A stretch of 49,660 bases of DNA. It comes from an uncultured archaeon. Its GTDB lineage: Archaea > Aenigmatarchaeota > Aenigmatarchaeia > CG10238-14. This document shows, piece after piece, positions 36,164 through 44,693 of the stretch (the first letter of the stretch is position 1; each line of letters begins with the position of its first letter). The stretch covers positions 1 to 49,660 of the forward strand of contig CAYMPD010000006.1 of NCBI GenBank assembly GCA_964392445.1, in the 5' to 3' direction. The position numbers and the translations under genes were made by a program. The notes beneath the pieces were generated by a model. It did not search any database. It was not told the DNA's origin and saw only the letters and a list, made by a program, of their open reading frames with translations.

Positions 36164-36910
36164 TTATCCTCCTTTCGAAAAAATAAATCTTGTTTTCACT
36201 ATATTATTGTATATCTTAAGTTTTATTCCAAACCTGTATTTGAAACCTTCTTCCATGATAAATATGAAATTTCCGAGAAAGAATCTTATACCAGTAATTC
36301 CACCCCTTTTTTTTGGATAATGAACTTTGACTGGAACTTGTTTTATATTGAGATCATTTTCTACGGCTATAGCCAACATTACATTATCGATTATATACCC
36401 ACCATAACTCTTCTTGGACACTATTTTCATTGCTTTTCTGTTCATGCTAATAAAACCACAATTACTGTCTAGAAGTTGAGTTCCAAAGAGTATGTTGAAA
36501 GAAGTCCTCCAAAGAAAATTAGCTATTCTATGTCTGAGTGGAACATCTCTTTTCCAATGCCTAGCACCGACAACATAATCATAACCTTCTCGGAGTTTTT
36601 TAATTAGTTTGTTCGCATCTTCAGGATCATATTGAGAATCGGCATCGATGATAACCACATAATCAATCTTTGGGTGGTTTTCAAGTATTTCTTTGAACCC
36701 GGTTACTAATGCCTCGCCCTTTCCTTTGTTTTTCTTGTGCCTAATTACCACAGCACCATTTCTTTTGGCTATCCTACAAGTTTTGTCGTCAGAGTGATCA
36801 TCTACTACTATTATCTTTGCCCCGAGGGACTTCTTCGACCTTTTGATAACATCTTCTATATTTTCTTCCTCATTATAAGCGGGTACTATAACCCCAACAT
36901 CTTTTACCAT
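36164..36910 (-). CDS. GT2 glycosyltransferase (Dol-P-Man synthase-like)
   Basis: IVPAYNEE, DDHSDD, NKGKG.A, DADSQYDP, DSNCGF. Confidence 0.85.
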   Translation of the reverse strand: MVKDVGVIVPAYNEEENIEDVIKRSKKSLGAKIIVVDDHSDDKTCRIAKRNGAVVIRHKKNKGKGEALVTGFKEILENHPKIDYVVIIDADSQYDPEDANKLIKKLREGYDYVVGARHWKRDVPLRHRIANFLWRTSFNILFGTQLLDSNCGFISMNRKAMKIVSKKSYGGYIIDNVMLAIAVENDLNIKQVPVKVHYPKKRGGITGIRFFLGNFIFIMEEGFKYRFGIKLKIYNNIVKTRFIFSKGG

Positions 36911-36944
36911 AAGAATAATTGGAAGTTAAGAAATTTTAAATACC

Positions 36945-37112
36945 TTAAACCTTTCCATTGTTGGAAATGACATCAAGTTTCGCATCAATCTTTTCCAGCG
37001 ACTTTAGGATATTATCTAAAACTCTGTTTCCGTAGCTTCTTTGAACGGTAGCCGATAGAAAGGGGCAAGTAGCGTATTCTTGACAAGTTTTACATTCTTC
37101 AAATGGACACAT
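36945..37112 (-). CDS. 55-aa Cys4 microprotein with C-terminal amphipathic helix; below the ORF-track cutoff
   Basis: MCPFEECKTCQEYATCPFLSATVQRSYGNRVLDNILKSLEKIDAKLDVISNNGKV*; SD-like GTGAT upstream. Confidence 0.55.
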   Translation of the reverse strand: MCPFEECKTCQEYATCPFLSATVQRSYGNRVLDNILKSLEKIDAKLDVISNNGKV

Positions 37113-37274
37113 GTCAAATCACAATGCCCAATTTATTGGAAGTTTATCTTCTTAAATTTTTACTTTGTGGGATGAAATACGACTTATTCGTTTTAATAGT
37201 CCCGGGCAAAAGCATTAAAAATCTGGGAAAAGAATATAAGGATGTAAAAAAAGTTTTAAAAGAAGGTACAATAA

Positions 37275-37514
37275 ATGAAGCAGATACTCGGAGCATTAAA
37301 AATTAATAGTGAAGATAAACTAGAAAGAGCAGAGGGATTTTGCATACTTTCAACCTTCATCGGAGGAATCATCCTCTCATTAGGCATAGGTTTAAGTATT
37401 TTAAGCACAAAAGGTGTATCTGCGATATTGGCAATGTTAGGGAGTGTTTGGGCATTCCTTTCAACCTTAGCTTTAATAATTGTATGGTTAATAGAAGAAT
37501 GGACTGGTGAATAA
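37275..37514 (+). CDS. Small 2-TM membrane protein
   Basis: 79 aa with two hydrophobic helices; abuts the rps15 start. Confidence 0.6.
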   Translation: MKQILGALKINSEDKLERAEGFCILSTFIGGIILSLGIGLSILSTKGVSAILAMLGSVWAFLSTLALIIVWLIEEWTGE

Positions 37515-37976
37515 ATGGCGAGAATTCATGCGAGAAAAAGAGGAAAAGCAGGGTCAACAAGACCTATGGGTAGAGGTGCACCTAGATGGGTCAAATACAA
37601 GAAAGGCGAAGTAGAAAAACTAGTAGTAAAATATGCAAAAGAAGGTAAATCCTCAGCAGAAATAGGAATGATACTCCGTGATCAATTTGGAATTCCGCTC
37701 ACAAAAAGAATAACCGGAAAAACTATTTCTCAGATTATGAAGGAAAACAATCTTTATCCTAAGTTCCCAGAAGACATATTCAATCTTTTCGAACAAGCGG
37801 TTAGATTAAGAGAACATCTTGCTAAAAATAACACGGATTATACATCCAAAAGGGGCTTAGAACTTTTAGAGTCAAAAATAAGAAGACTTGGAAAATATTA
37901 CGCGAAAGAAGGTGTTTTTCCAGAAGACTGGAAATATGATCCAGCAAAGGTTAAACTACTGATACAACAGAAGTGA
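37515..37976 (+). CDS. rps15: 30S ribosomal protein uS15 (S15/S13e)
   Basis: MARIHARKRGKAGSTRP, IGMILRDQFGIP, RGLELLESKIRRL. Confidence 0.96.
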   Translation: MARIHARKRGKAGSTRPMGRGAPRWVKYKKGEVEKLVVKYAKEGKSSAEIGMILRDQFGIPLTKRITGKTISQIMKENNLYPKFPEDIFNLFEQAVRLREHLAKNNTDYTSKRGLELLESKIRRLGKYYAKEGVFPEDWKYDPAKVKLLIQQK

Positions 37977-37980
37977 TGAG

Positions 37981-38532
37981 ATGGCAAAGAAAATCAAGGG
38001 AAAACAATGGTACACACTTGTAGCACCTAAATTATTTAATAATAAAGTTCTTGGAGAAACACCTGTAGGAGATCCTAAAACTGTTCGAAATCGAACGGTG
38101 ACGCTTTCACTTACTAATTTGATCAACGATCCAAGTAAATATTATTTGAAAATTACTTTTAAGGTCAAGGAAGTTAAAGATGGGAAAGCTTTAACAGAAT
38201 TCTGGAAATTAGAATGTTTAAGGGACTATATTTCAAGAATGGTAAGGCACGGACTTCTAAGAATGGATAATGTTAATGATGTCAAAACTAAGGATGGTGT
38301 TGAACTTCGGGTAAAGACAATCGCATTGACAAGTAGAAAAGCGAAAAAAGAGGCTGAGGTTGCTATAAGGAAATACATTGATGGACAGATAAAGAAAAAA
38401 GTTTCAAATTTAACCTTAGATGATTTTCTTAAAAAAGCTATAAACGACAAAATCAAAAGATCAATAATTGAAGAAGGAGGTAAAATTTATCCTATTTACA
38501 AGTTTGAACTCAGAAAGATTGAAAGATTATAA
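37981..38532 (+). CDS. rps3ae: 30S ribosomal protein eS1 (S3Ae)
   Basis: KQWYTLVAP..F...GETP, DYISRMVR, KIYPIYKFELRK. Confidence 0.92.
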   Translation: MAKKIKGKQWYTLVAPKLFNNKVLGETPVGDPKTVRNRTVTLSLTNLINDPSKYYLKITFKVKEVKDGKALTEFWKLECLRDYISRMVRHGLLRMDNVNDVKTKDGVELRVKTIALTSRKAKKEAEVAIRKYIDGQIKKKVSNLTLDDFLKKAINDKIKRSIIEEGGKIYPIYKFELRKIERL

Positions 38533-39702
38533 TATTCCTAAACCTCTTAGAATACTTCCAATATCAACAAAACTAACAACAAGTAGTGAATAAGTGATTA
38601 CCGACATTACAATTATCATTCTTTTTGCAAGTTCTTTGTTCTTTGTTATTGCTTCGAATATCGCTTGCCAGAGAATCCCTCCATCAAACGGTAGAAACGG
38701 AAGAAGATTTACTATCGCTACACTGACAGTTATTAAACCAAGCCAATCGACGAGACCAGCGAACCAGTTGATTAGTGTTTTTTGGAACTTTGGATACCCT
38801 TCTTTAACTTCGTAAAAAACGTTTGGGTTATTCCCTAGTATTTTTGTCAGGATATTTTCTCTTATTATTGAGACTCCCAAGAAACTTTTCCCAGGTTTTT
38901 CTGGGTGCTCTATTAATGTTACATTGTAAACTCTTTCTTCGGTTTTAATTTTTATTTCATCTCCGGGTTTTGTTTGTCCCAGTACATTTTCAAAATCTCC
39001 CACACTTCTTATCCTAACACCATTCATCTCTTTGATTATCCCAGTTAAGTTCGCTTGTTTTGCAGGATATTCTGTGTCATTAATCGGGAATATAACCAAT
39101 CCCGCACTAGTGTAAAAGCATCTAAAGATTAAATTACCTAAGATTATCAGAATTAAAAAAGTACAAACATTCGCAATACTTCCTACAACAGCAACCCTCA
39201 TTCTTGTTTTAGGTTTACTGTTTCGGAATTGATCCTCATCTGGCTCTACAAACCCACCGGGAAAGATAAGAAATAAAAGAAAACCTACAGACTTGATTCG
39301 GATATTTTCTAATGCGAACAAGAAACCATGAAATAATTCATGAGGTACAATAATCACAAACAACCCTATCACCCAATACCACAGGGGCATAAAGAAAACA
39401 ACTTTTTGAACACCTTCACTAGCCTCTCCTGGAAAGACCTTTGGTAAAATTAGTCTCACACCAGCTCCTCTGAACATGTAAAAGAACCCGACAATCGAGA
39501 GGAGAATTGCAATAACCACACCCACATTAGCGAAAGTATTGAAAAATTTACTGTGTTTTTTTGCAAAATTTTTTATTTTATTTTTTCCTCTTTGTGTTCT
39601 TCTGATGAGTATTAAACCGAACTCGATCTTTTTTCTGTCTAAGAATACCCATGTTCCGAGTAATCCGAAAAATACTAATATAGATAACAATTCAATATCC
39701 AT
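38527..39702 (-). CDS. Site-2 protease (M50) with PDZ-like insert
   Basis: HELFH, GGFVEPDE, VGSIAN, NLLPFLPFDGG. Confidence 0.9.
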   Translation of the reverse strand: MDIELLSILVFFGLLGTWVFLDRKKIEFGLILIRRTQRGKNKIKNFAKKHSKFFNTFANVGVVIAILLSIVGFFYMFRGAGVRLILPKVFPGEASEGVQKVVFFMPLWYWVIGLFVIIVPHELFHGFLFALENIRIKSVGFLLFLIFPGGFVEPDEDQFRNSKPKTRMRVAVVGSIANVCTFLILIILGNLIFRCFYTSAGLVIFPINDTEYPAKQANLTGIIKEMNGVRIRSVGDFENVLGQTKPGDEIKIKTEERVYNVTLIEHPEKPGKSFLGVSIIRENILTKILGNNPNVFYEVKEGYPKFQKTLINWFAGLVDWLGLITVSVAIVNLLPFLPFDGGILWQAIFEAITKNKELAKRMIIVMSVITYSLLVVSFVDIGSILRGLGIL

Positions 39703-39785
39703 TCAATCAACACTTACTAACTTTAGGAGATATTAATTAATAAGTTATTAAAACACGTAGGTTAAAACTAGAATAGGTAGTTGTC

Positions 39786-40589
39786 ATGGTAACAGAATAT
39801 GTTTCAAAATCATGGAAAATTTACAAAAAGAATGCGGGCAGTTTTATAGCTTCAGAATTAATTGTTGGGATTATACCTTTGATTTTAATAGTGCTCGGGG
39901 TTGGGATATTTTTGGCTTCGATCCTTCCTATGATAAATTTGGAAATGATTGTTAATATGGAAGAAGATCTTTTGATGCAGTATTTCACGGACTTATTTAA
40001 AACACCAGGATTCATTAACTCTCTTCTACAAGGGATTTTAGGATTTGGTACATTTCTTTTAATAGCAATTTTAATCTCTACTTATCTGAAAATAGGTCAA
40101 TACGGGATGGCTTATGAGTCTTTGAAAAGAAGAACTAAAATTAAAACTATGTTCAAGGTTTCTGGGAAAATAGGTTTGAGATGGATAGCTACTGTTTTAA
40201 TACTTTTTGTGATTGGTTTTATCGCTTTAATCCCAATTGTTATTATTGGGGTTTTGACTTTAGGATTAGGTTTTGTCATTATTTTATTGGTTTTACCCAT
40301 ACTTTCTTTAATAGCACCTGCGATGGTTGTAAGTGATATCTCACCATTCGAATCAATTAAAAAGGCTTTCAGGGTTGCTAAAAAGAATTACTTGAACTTG
40401 TTTGCCTTGTGGTTGATATATTATATAGGTATGATTTTGATATCATTTTTGGGAGGTACTTTGTCTTTTGTTCCAGGTATTGGGGGACTGATTAATTTAT
40501 CTACGACTTTATTTGTGGTTTTTGTTGTCCAACCGATGGTTAAGATTTCTTTCGTTAATTTTTACAAGAGGAATAAGCGGGGATCTTAG
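39786..40589 (+). CDS. Hypothetical polytopic membrane protein
   Basis: 5-6 TM helices; SWKIYKKN and ESIKKAF repeats typical of DUF7544/DUF975-like membrane proteins. Confidence 0.6.
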   Translation: MVTEYVSKSWKIYKKNAGSFIASELIVGIIPLILIVLGVGIFLASILPMINLEMIVNMEEDLLMQYFTDLFKTPGFINSLLQGILGFGTFLLIAILISTYLKIGQYGMAYESLKRRTKIKTMFKVSGKIGLRWIATVLILFVIGFIALIPIVIIGVLTLGLGFVIILLVLPILSLIAPAMVVSDISPFESIKKAFRVAKKNYLNLFALWLIYYIGMILISFLGGTLSFVPGIGGLINLSTTLFVVFVVQPMVKISFVNFYKRNKRGS

Positions 40590-40600
40590 TAGTTAGTATT

Positions 40601-41065
40601 TTATCTTAAAGACCTATCAATTCCAGTGCCTATTGAAAATCCTATCATGACAAAAACAGGCATAGTTACCATGGCTAAAGTACCAAGAGGATTCCACACA
40701 TTGGTCATCAGAGTCAATAAATACATCAAGAAACCCATTTTCATTCCTTTAGTTGAGTATGGTTCTTGCTCCCATTCTTCTATCATTGAGACCAGAAAAT
40801 ATGCACCCATAAATGAATAACCAAAAAATATTGTGTGAATGAAAAATCTTCCTATAGTTGGAATATCTTTGAAAATGGAGTCAATAATTGGATCAATTTT
40901 TTCAGGAGTTAATTTTGTTAAGAATGGAATGAAAAAAATGATAGATAGTAAAATTACACAAATGGGGATTAAGGTTTCTCGTTTGAGCAGATTTTCCATA
41001 ACTAATTTTGGGTTTTTTGGGTTATAAAGTGTTTTTGGTGAGATTTGAACATAGAAATTAACCAC
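40601..41065 (-). CDS. Hypothetical membrane protein
   Basis: 154 aa with 4 hydrophobic segments; no family recognised. Confidence 0.5.
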   Translation of the reverse strand: MVNFYVQISPKTLYNPKNPKLVMENLLKRETLIPICVILLSIIFFIPFLTKLTPEKIDPIIDSIFKDIPTIGRFFIHTIFFGYSFMGAYFLVSMIEEWEQEPYSTKGMKMGFLMYLLTLMTNVWNPLGTLAMVTMPVFVMIGFSIGTGIDRSLR

Positions 41066-41279
41066 TACTCACTCTTTCATAATCACTCCCTTCTATCATT
41101 AGTATATTTTCATCAATTCCAATTGCTTCTATTTTTGAATTCAAGGAGATATTAGAAACTGGATCTTGATCAATAGGTCTTAACGCAACCCTTAAAGTAT
41201 CGAATACAACGACATAAATATTTGGATGCTCGTCATAAACTTGGCGGTCAACCAAAATTCCTTCATATACTCCAGACAT
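41058..41279 (-). CDS. Hypothetical 73-aa protein
   Basis: ATG start, 8-bp overlap with the next gene, beta-rich composition. Confidence 0.5.
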   Translation of the reverse strand: MSGVYEGILVDRQVYDEHPNIYVVVFDTLRVALRPIDQDPVSNISLNSKIEAIGIDENILMIEGSDYERVSSG

Positions 41280-41344
41280 AAGAAATCTTCCATTATTATT
41301 CTTAAATCTCTAACTTTTCCTCTTAGATAGAAAACAAGAATCAG

Positions 41345-41463
41345 TGCGGGGGGTGAGATTCGAACTCACGAACCGACTAACGGACAGGATATCCCAAGCT
41401 GATCTTCTTAAGTTTCGCATTCAAATGAATCCTGCGCCTTTGACCAGACTTGGCAACCCCCGC
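41345..41463 (-). tRNA. tRNA-Leu(TAA) with two introns (30/31, 17 nt, 41414-41430; 37/38, 16 nt, 41391-41406)
   Basis: Leu-type body (long variable arm, A73). Splicing gives CAGGA-CTTAAGA-TCCTG. BHB central helices are CGCA/TGCG and CTTA/TGGG. Confidence 0.88.
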
Positions 41464-41526
41464 TTGACTAGTTAATATTATAGAATAAGTTATTTAAAAA
41501 CTAATTAAATGTTATCCTTTGGGGCT

Positions 41527-42147
41527 TTATTCCAATCTTTCAACATCCTTCCTAAAATCTTTCAGCTTTCCCTTTAGAATATCAAAACTTTTCTTAACAA
41601 CTTCTTCAGTAGTCAGTCCACAGGCAGTTTCAACAACAAACTCGTACTTATCCCCATCTTTCCCAGAGACATCATAGCCAACAACCGCTCCTTGCCATTT
41701 AGCATGGTCCTTCCCCAGTCCAAGTTGAGTAGTAGCTTCAAATTCTAATTCCTGGTCCTCAAAAAGTTCCACTATCGGAATATTATCATAAGCCGGTTTA
41801 ACTTTATCATCAGATGATTTAAGATCTCCAGAATAAACCATACAAGGACCTTTTTTCTTCAAGGCAAAAGTAACTTGACAATGAACACACCCTTTACCAT
41901 CACATTCACACACGTCTTTCATATTAAAGAACTTAGGATCAAACGTTAAAGGAATCAGTCCAACACGACTAGCAATTATCTCATCCCAAAGAACAGAGTC
42001 ATTCTGATGAAAATCTAACCATTTTATCGCCATTGTTGGTATTTCTGAAAGCATTATCCTCCTTAATTCTCCTGCTAAACCAGGTGTTAGTCCTTCTACC
42101 TCAAACTCAAGTTTTTCTTCTGATGTTTTCAACATTTTTACTTTCAA
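41527..42147 (-). CDS. rpoD: RNA polymerase subunit Rpo3 (D)
   Basis: ELRRIMLSEIPTMAI, N.SVLWDEIIASRVGLIPL, CECDGKGCVHC, GLGKDHAKWQ. Confidence 0.93.
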   Translation of the reverse strand: MKVKMLKTSEEKLEFEVEGLTPGLAGELRRIMLSEIPTMAIKWLDFHQNDSVLWDEIIASRVGLIPLTFDPKFFNMKDVCECDGKGCVHCQVTFALKKKGPCMVYSGDLKSSDDKVKPAYDNIPIVELFEDQELEFEATTQLGLGKDHAKWQGAVVGYDVSGKDGDKYEFVVETACGLTTEEVVKKSFDILKGKLKDFRKDVERLE

Positions 42148-42162
42148 GTTATCACCTATTAT

Positions 42163-42609
42163 TTAGACCCTTCTCCCACGCCTGCCTCCAGGTTTTCTTG
42201 TCGAATCTGTTGGGATTGGAGTGACATCCTCAATGAGTCCTATTCTTAATCCCACCCTTGCCAAAGCACGAATTGCAGGTTGTGCACCTTTACCTGGAGA
42301 TTTTTTATGATGACCACCTTTGCCTCTCACTCTTATGTGAACACCATCAATACCCTTTTCCTTTGCCTCTTCAGCCGCTTTTCTTGCAGCTTTCATTGCT
42401 GGGAATGGACTACCTTTGTCTCTATCTCTATTAGTCATCATTCCCCCAGAGTATCTAGCAATAGTTTCTGAACTTGTAATGTCAGTAATGTGAACAATAG
42501 TATTATTAACACTTGAAAATATATGAGCTACTCCCCATGCTCCTCCTTTTCGACTCTTTATTTCATACTTTTTCTTGACATATTTTTTGGATCTTTTCCT
42601 TTTCGCCAA
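42163..42609 (-). CDS. rps11: 30S ribosomal protein uS11
   Basis: [42 protein letters not shown]. Confidence 0.96.
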   Translation of the reverse strand: MAKRKRSKKYVKKKYEIKSRKGGAWGVAHIFSSVNNTIVHITDITSSETIARYSGGMMTNRDRDKGSPFPAMKAARKAAEEAKEKGIDGVHIRVRGKGGHHKKSPGKGAQPAIRALARVGLRIGLIEDVTPIPTDSTRKPGGRRGRRV

Positions 42610-43173
42610 CTAATCACCTTTATCTGATTCTACTTTTCCCTTTTTCTTCTCGGATTCTTCTTTAGATGGTATCCCTTCTTTTTTAACCTTTTTAGGTTTC
42701 ATTTTTTCCAGTTTAAAATTACCATAATAATCAATCTTCCCTTCCAAATCACGAGGTACAAGATAACTGGGAAATGTAGTTCTTCTTCCATCAACAGCTA
42801 TATGGCCATGAACTATGAGTTGACGAGCATGCATTGGTGTGTTCGCCAAGTTCTTTTCAAAAACTAATGTTTGTAACCTTCTTTTCAGGATATCATCTAT
42901 TCCCAAATCAAGTACTTCATCCAATTCAACATCCTTCTTGTCAAATATTCCCATTTTGTGGAGTTTGTTTAGTAGTATTTTTTCACCTTCTTTGTCGTTC
43001 TGGGCCGCGATATTTCTGGCCCTCCGTCTGTAATTTCTCAGGATAGATTCAACCTTGTAGATCTCTCTTTTTCTCCTTAGACCATACTTCTGTTTTAATT
43101 TTGCTTCTTCTTTTATTCTATCTTCTTCCCATGGTCTCAGTGGTTTTTTGAGTTTTTTCTTTATTTTTCTCAT
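42610..43173 (-). CDS. rps4: 30S ribosomal protein uS4
   Basis: KYGLRRKREI, RRLQTLVF, ARQLIVHGHI. Confidence 0.95.
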   Translation of the reverse strand: MRKIKKKLKKPLRPWEEDRIKEEAKLKQKYGLRRKREIYKVESILRNYRRRARNIAAQNDKEGEKILLNKLHKMGIFDKKDVELDEVLDLGIDDILKRRLQTLVFEKNLANTPMHARQLIVHGHIAVDGRRTTFPSYLVPRDLEGKIDYYGNFKLEKMKPKKVKKEGIPSKEESEKKKGKVESDKGD

Positions 43174-43177
43174 TCAA

Positions 43178-43672
43178 TCACTTCTTACCTTTTTTCTTTT
43201 TGGGTTGCTGTTTTTTCCTGTGATAACCAACAGTTTTCCCTCCTCTGAATGAACTCTTTGTTCTCTGACCTCTGACAGGTAAACCATACATATGCCTTAC
43301 TCCACGATAAGTTTTGATGTTAATCATACCTTTAATGTCTTGGGTTTCAGTGAATTTAACATCTGCTCCTGATAGATGAAGATCTTTTCCTGTTTTTGGG
43401 TCTTTTTTTCGGTTTAACATCCATTTAGGTATACCAGCTTTGACTGGGTCATCAAGAATTTTTTCTATTTTTTTAATATCTTCGTTTGTTAATGTCCCTA
43501 CTTTTTTGTTTCTTTTAAATTTACCAACCTTACAGATAGCATTAGCTAAATTTGCTCCTACACCATCTATTCTTTGGAGTGATACGAAAAGATTTCTTTC
43601 TCCTTTAAGGTCAGCACCTTTTATTCTTATAATTCCTCTTAATTCTTGTTTGGGTTTCTTTTCTTTTGCCAT
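43178..43672 (-). CDS. rps13: 30S ribosomal protein uS13
   Basis: IDGVG..LA, PKWMLNR.KD..TG, YRGVRHMYGLPVRGQRTKS. Confidence 0.96.
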   Translation of the reverse strand: MAKEKKPKQELRGIIRIKGADLKGERNLFVSLQRIDGVGANLANAICKVGKFKRNKKVGTLTNEDIKKIEKILDDPVKAGIPKWMLNRKKDPKTGKDLHLSGADVKFTETQDIKGMINIKTYRGVRHMYGLPVRGQRTKSSFRGGKTVGYHRKKQQPKKKKGKK

Positions 43673-43724
43673 GTAACTCTCACATTTATTTTAAACTAAA
43701 GGTTTTTAAATCTTATAAGCATCA

Positions 43725-43818
43725 TGGACCGATGGGGACTTGAACCCCAAGCCTTCTCCATTCAGGTCTGCTTTAACCAAATCGCCAAGGAGACGATCTA
43801 CCATTGATCTATCGGCCC
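43725..43818 (-). tRNA. tRNA-Ala(GGC) with a 22-nt intron at 37/38 (43761-43782)
   Basis: G3:U70 identity pair in GGGCCGA/TCGGTCC; TCTCC-TTGGCG/T-GGAGA; 72-nt mature cloverleaf. Confidence 0.88.
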
Positions 43819-43852
43819 TCAACTAAAAATATTAAGAAAGGAAGTAATAACT

Positions 43853-44035
43853 TTAACCCGACTTCCTGAGTTCTTTGTAAGTCTTTGTCCACTTGACCTT
43901 TTTGGGATTTCTCTTCATTCTCCAGTTTTTTTCACATTTCCCTGAGCAGAAATAGAAGATCCTGTTAGCATTAGTAACAAACATTTTCCCTACTCCTTCT
44001 TCAAATTTTTCTCCACAGAATGAACACTTAGACAT
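43853..44035 (-). CDS. rpl24e: 50S ribosomal protein eL24
   Basis: CSFCG...G.GKMFV......FCSGKC, NPKKVKWT. Confidence 0.95.
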   Translation of the reverse strand: MSKCSFCGEKFEEGVGKMFVTNANRIFYFCSGKCEKNWRMKRNPKKVKWTKTYKELRKSG

Positions 44036-44245
44036 CTATCTCCTCCCCATCTTACCTGAGAATTCCATTTCTGTTTCTCTCAGCATTAGTATATCCTTGA
44101 CTCTTACAGGACCAAACACGTTTCTGATCAATACTTTCCCTTTATCTCTACCATCCAGTACCCTGCATCTTACTCTCATTACTCCACGTACACCTGATCT
44201 TCCAAGTAGTTCCACGACTTCTGCTGGTACTGCATCTTCTGCCAT
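44036..44245 (-). CDS. rps28e: 30S ribosomal protein eS28
   Basis: PAEVVE..GRSG..G...[24 protein letters not shown]. Confidence 0.95.
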   Translation of the reverse strand: MAEDAVPAEVVELLGRSGVRGVMRVRCRVLDGRDKGKVLIRNVFGPVRVKDILMLRETEMEFSGKMGRR

Positions 44246-44251
44246 TAATTA

Positions 44252-44611
44252 TCAACCTTTCTTTAATTCTTCTATTTTTTTAAGTATTTCTGATAGATTT
44301 GACTTTCCCTCTCCTGGCTCTACTATTGCCGCTGATGCTGTTGGGACGTTTATACCAGTGGATCTACCTAACTCCTCCTTTGATGGAATGTATACACAAG
44401 GTATTTTTTTCTCTTCACATAGGATTGGTAGATGCATTACTATCTCTGGTGGTTGAACATCTTCTGCTATTACTACTAATTTTGCATTTCCTCTTTCGAT
44501 TGCTTTGGTAGTCTCGTTTGTCCCCTTCTTAACTTTACCGGTGTTTCTGGCGAGTTCTAAAGTCTGTAAAATCTTATTTTCTACTTCTTTTGGTACTTCA
44601 AATTTAGTCAT
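44252..44611 (-). CDS. rpl7ae: 50S ribosomal protein eL8 (L7Ae)
   Basis: [36 protein letters not shown]; SD GGAGGTGA. Confidence 0.96.
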   Translation of the reverse strand: MTKFEVPKEVENKILQTLELARNTGKVKKGTNETTKAIERGNAKLVVIAEDVQPPEIVMHLPILCEEKKIPCVYIPSKEELGRSTGINVPTASAAIVEPGEGKSNLSEILKKIEELKKG

Positions 44612-44693
44612 CAAATTTCACCTCCAAATTTTTGGATCAATTTATCCTTCATTATTTGCTAACATGTGTAAGGTTTAAAGATTTATAAAGGTT

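Noticed and set aside
36945-37112. Structured ncRNA (for example SRP RNA) in the gap after the GT2 gene
   Set aside because: No long GC-rich helices or SRP motifs; the region is better explained by a 55-codon ORF.
37103-37306. 67-aa + strand ORF upstream of the rps15 operon
   Set aside because: No recognisable motif; it overlaps both the Cys4 microprotein start and the 37275 gene, so it probably spans promoter DNA.
40570-41360. attL/attR duplication of the tRNA-Leu 3' end
   Set aside because: Only a 6-bp match (GCGGGG near 40577) was found and there is no integrase; not significant.
41345-41463. tRNA-Met(CAT) with a single 33-nt intron
   Set aside because: The body has Leu identity features, position 37 would be a pyrimidine, and the two-intron model gives clean BHBs and the standard CTTAAGA loop.
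29530-43860. Leaderless tRNA transcription implying loss of RNase P
   Set aside because: TATA-like boxes lie at inconsistent distances from the four tRNA 5' ends, so there is no fixed spacing to support it.
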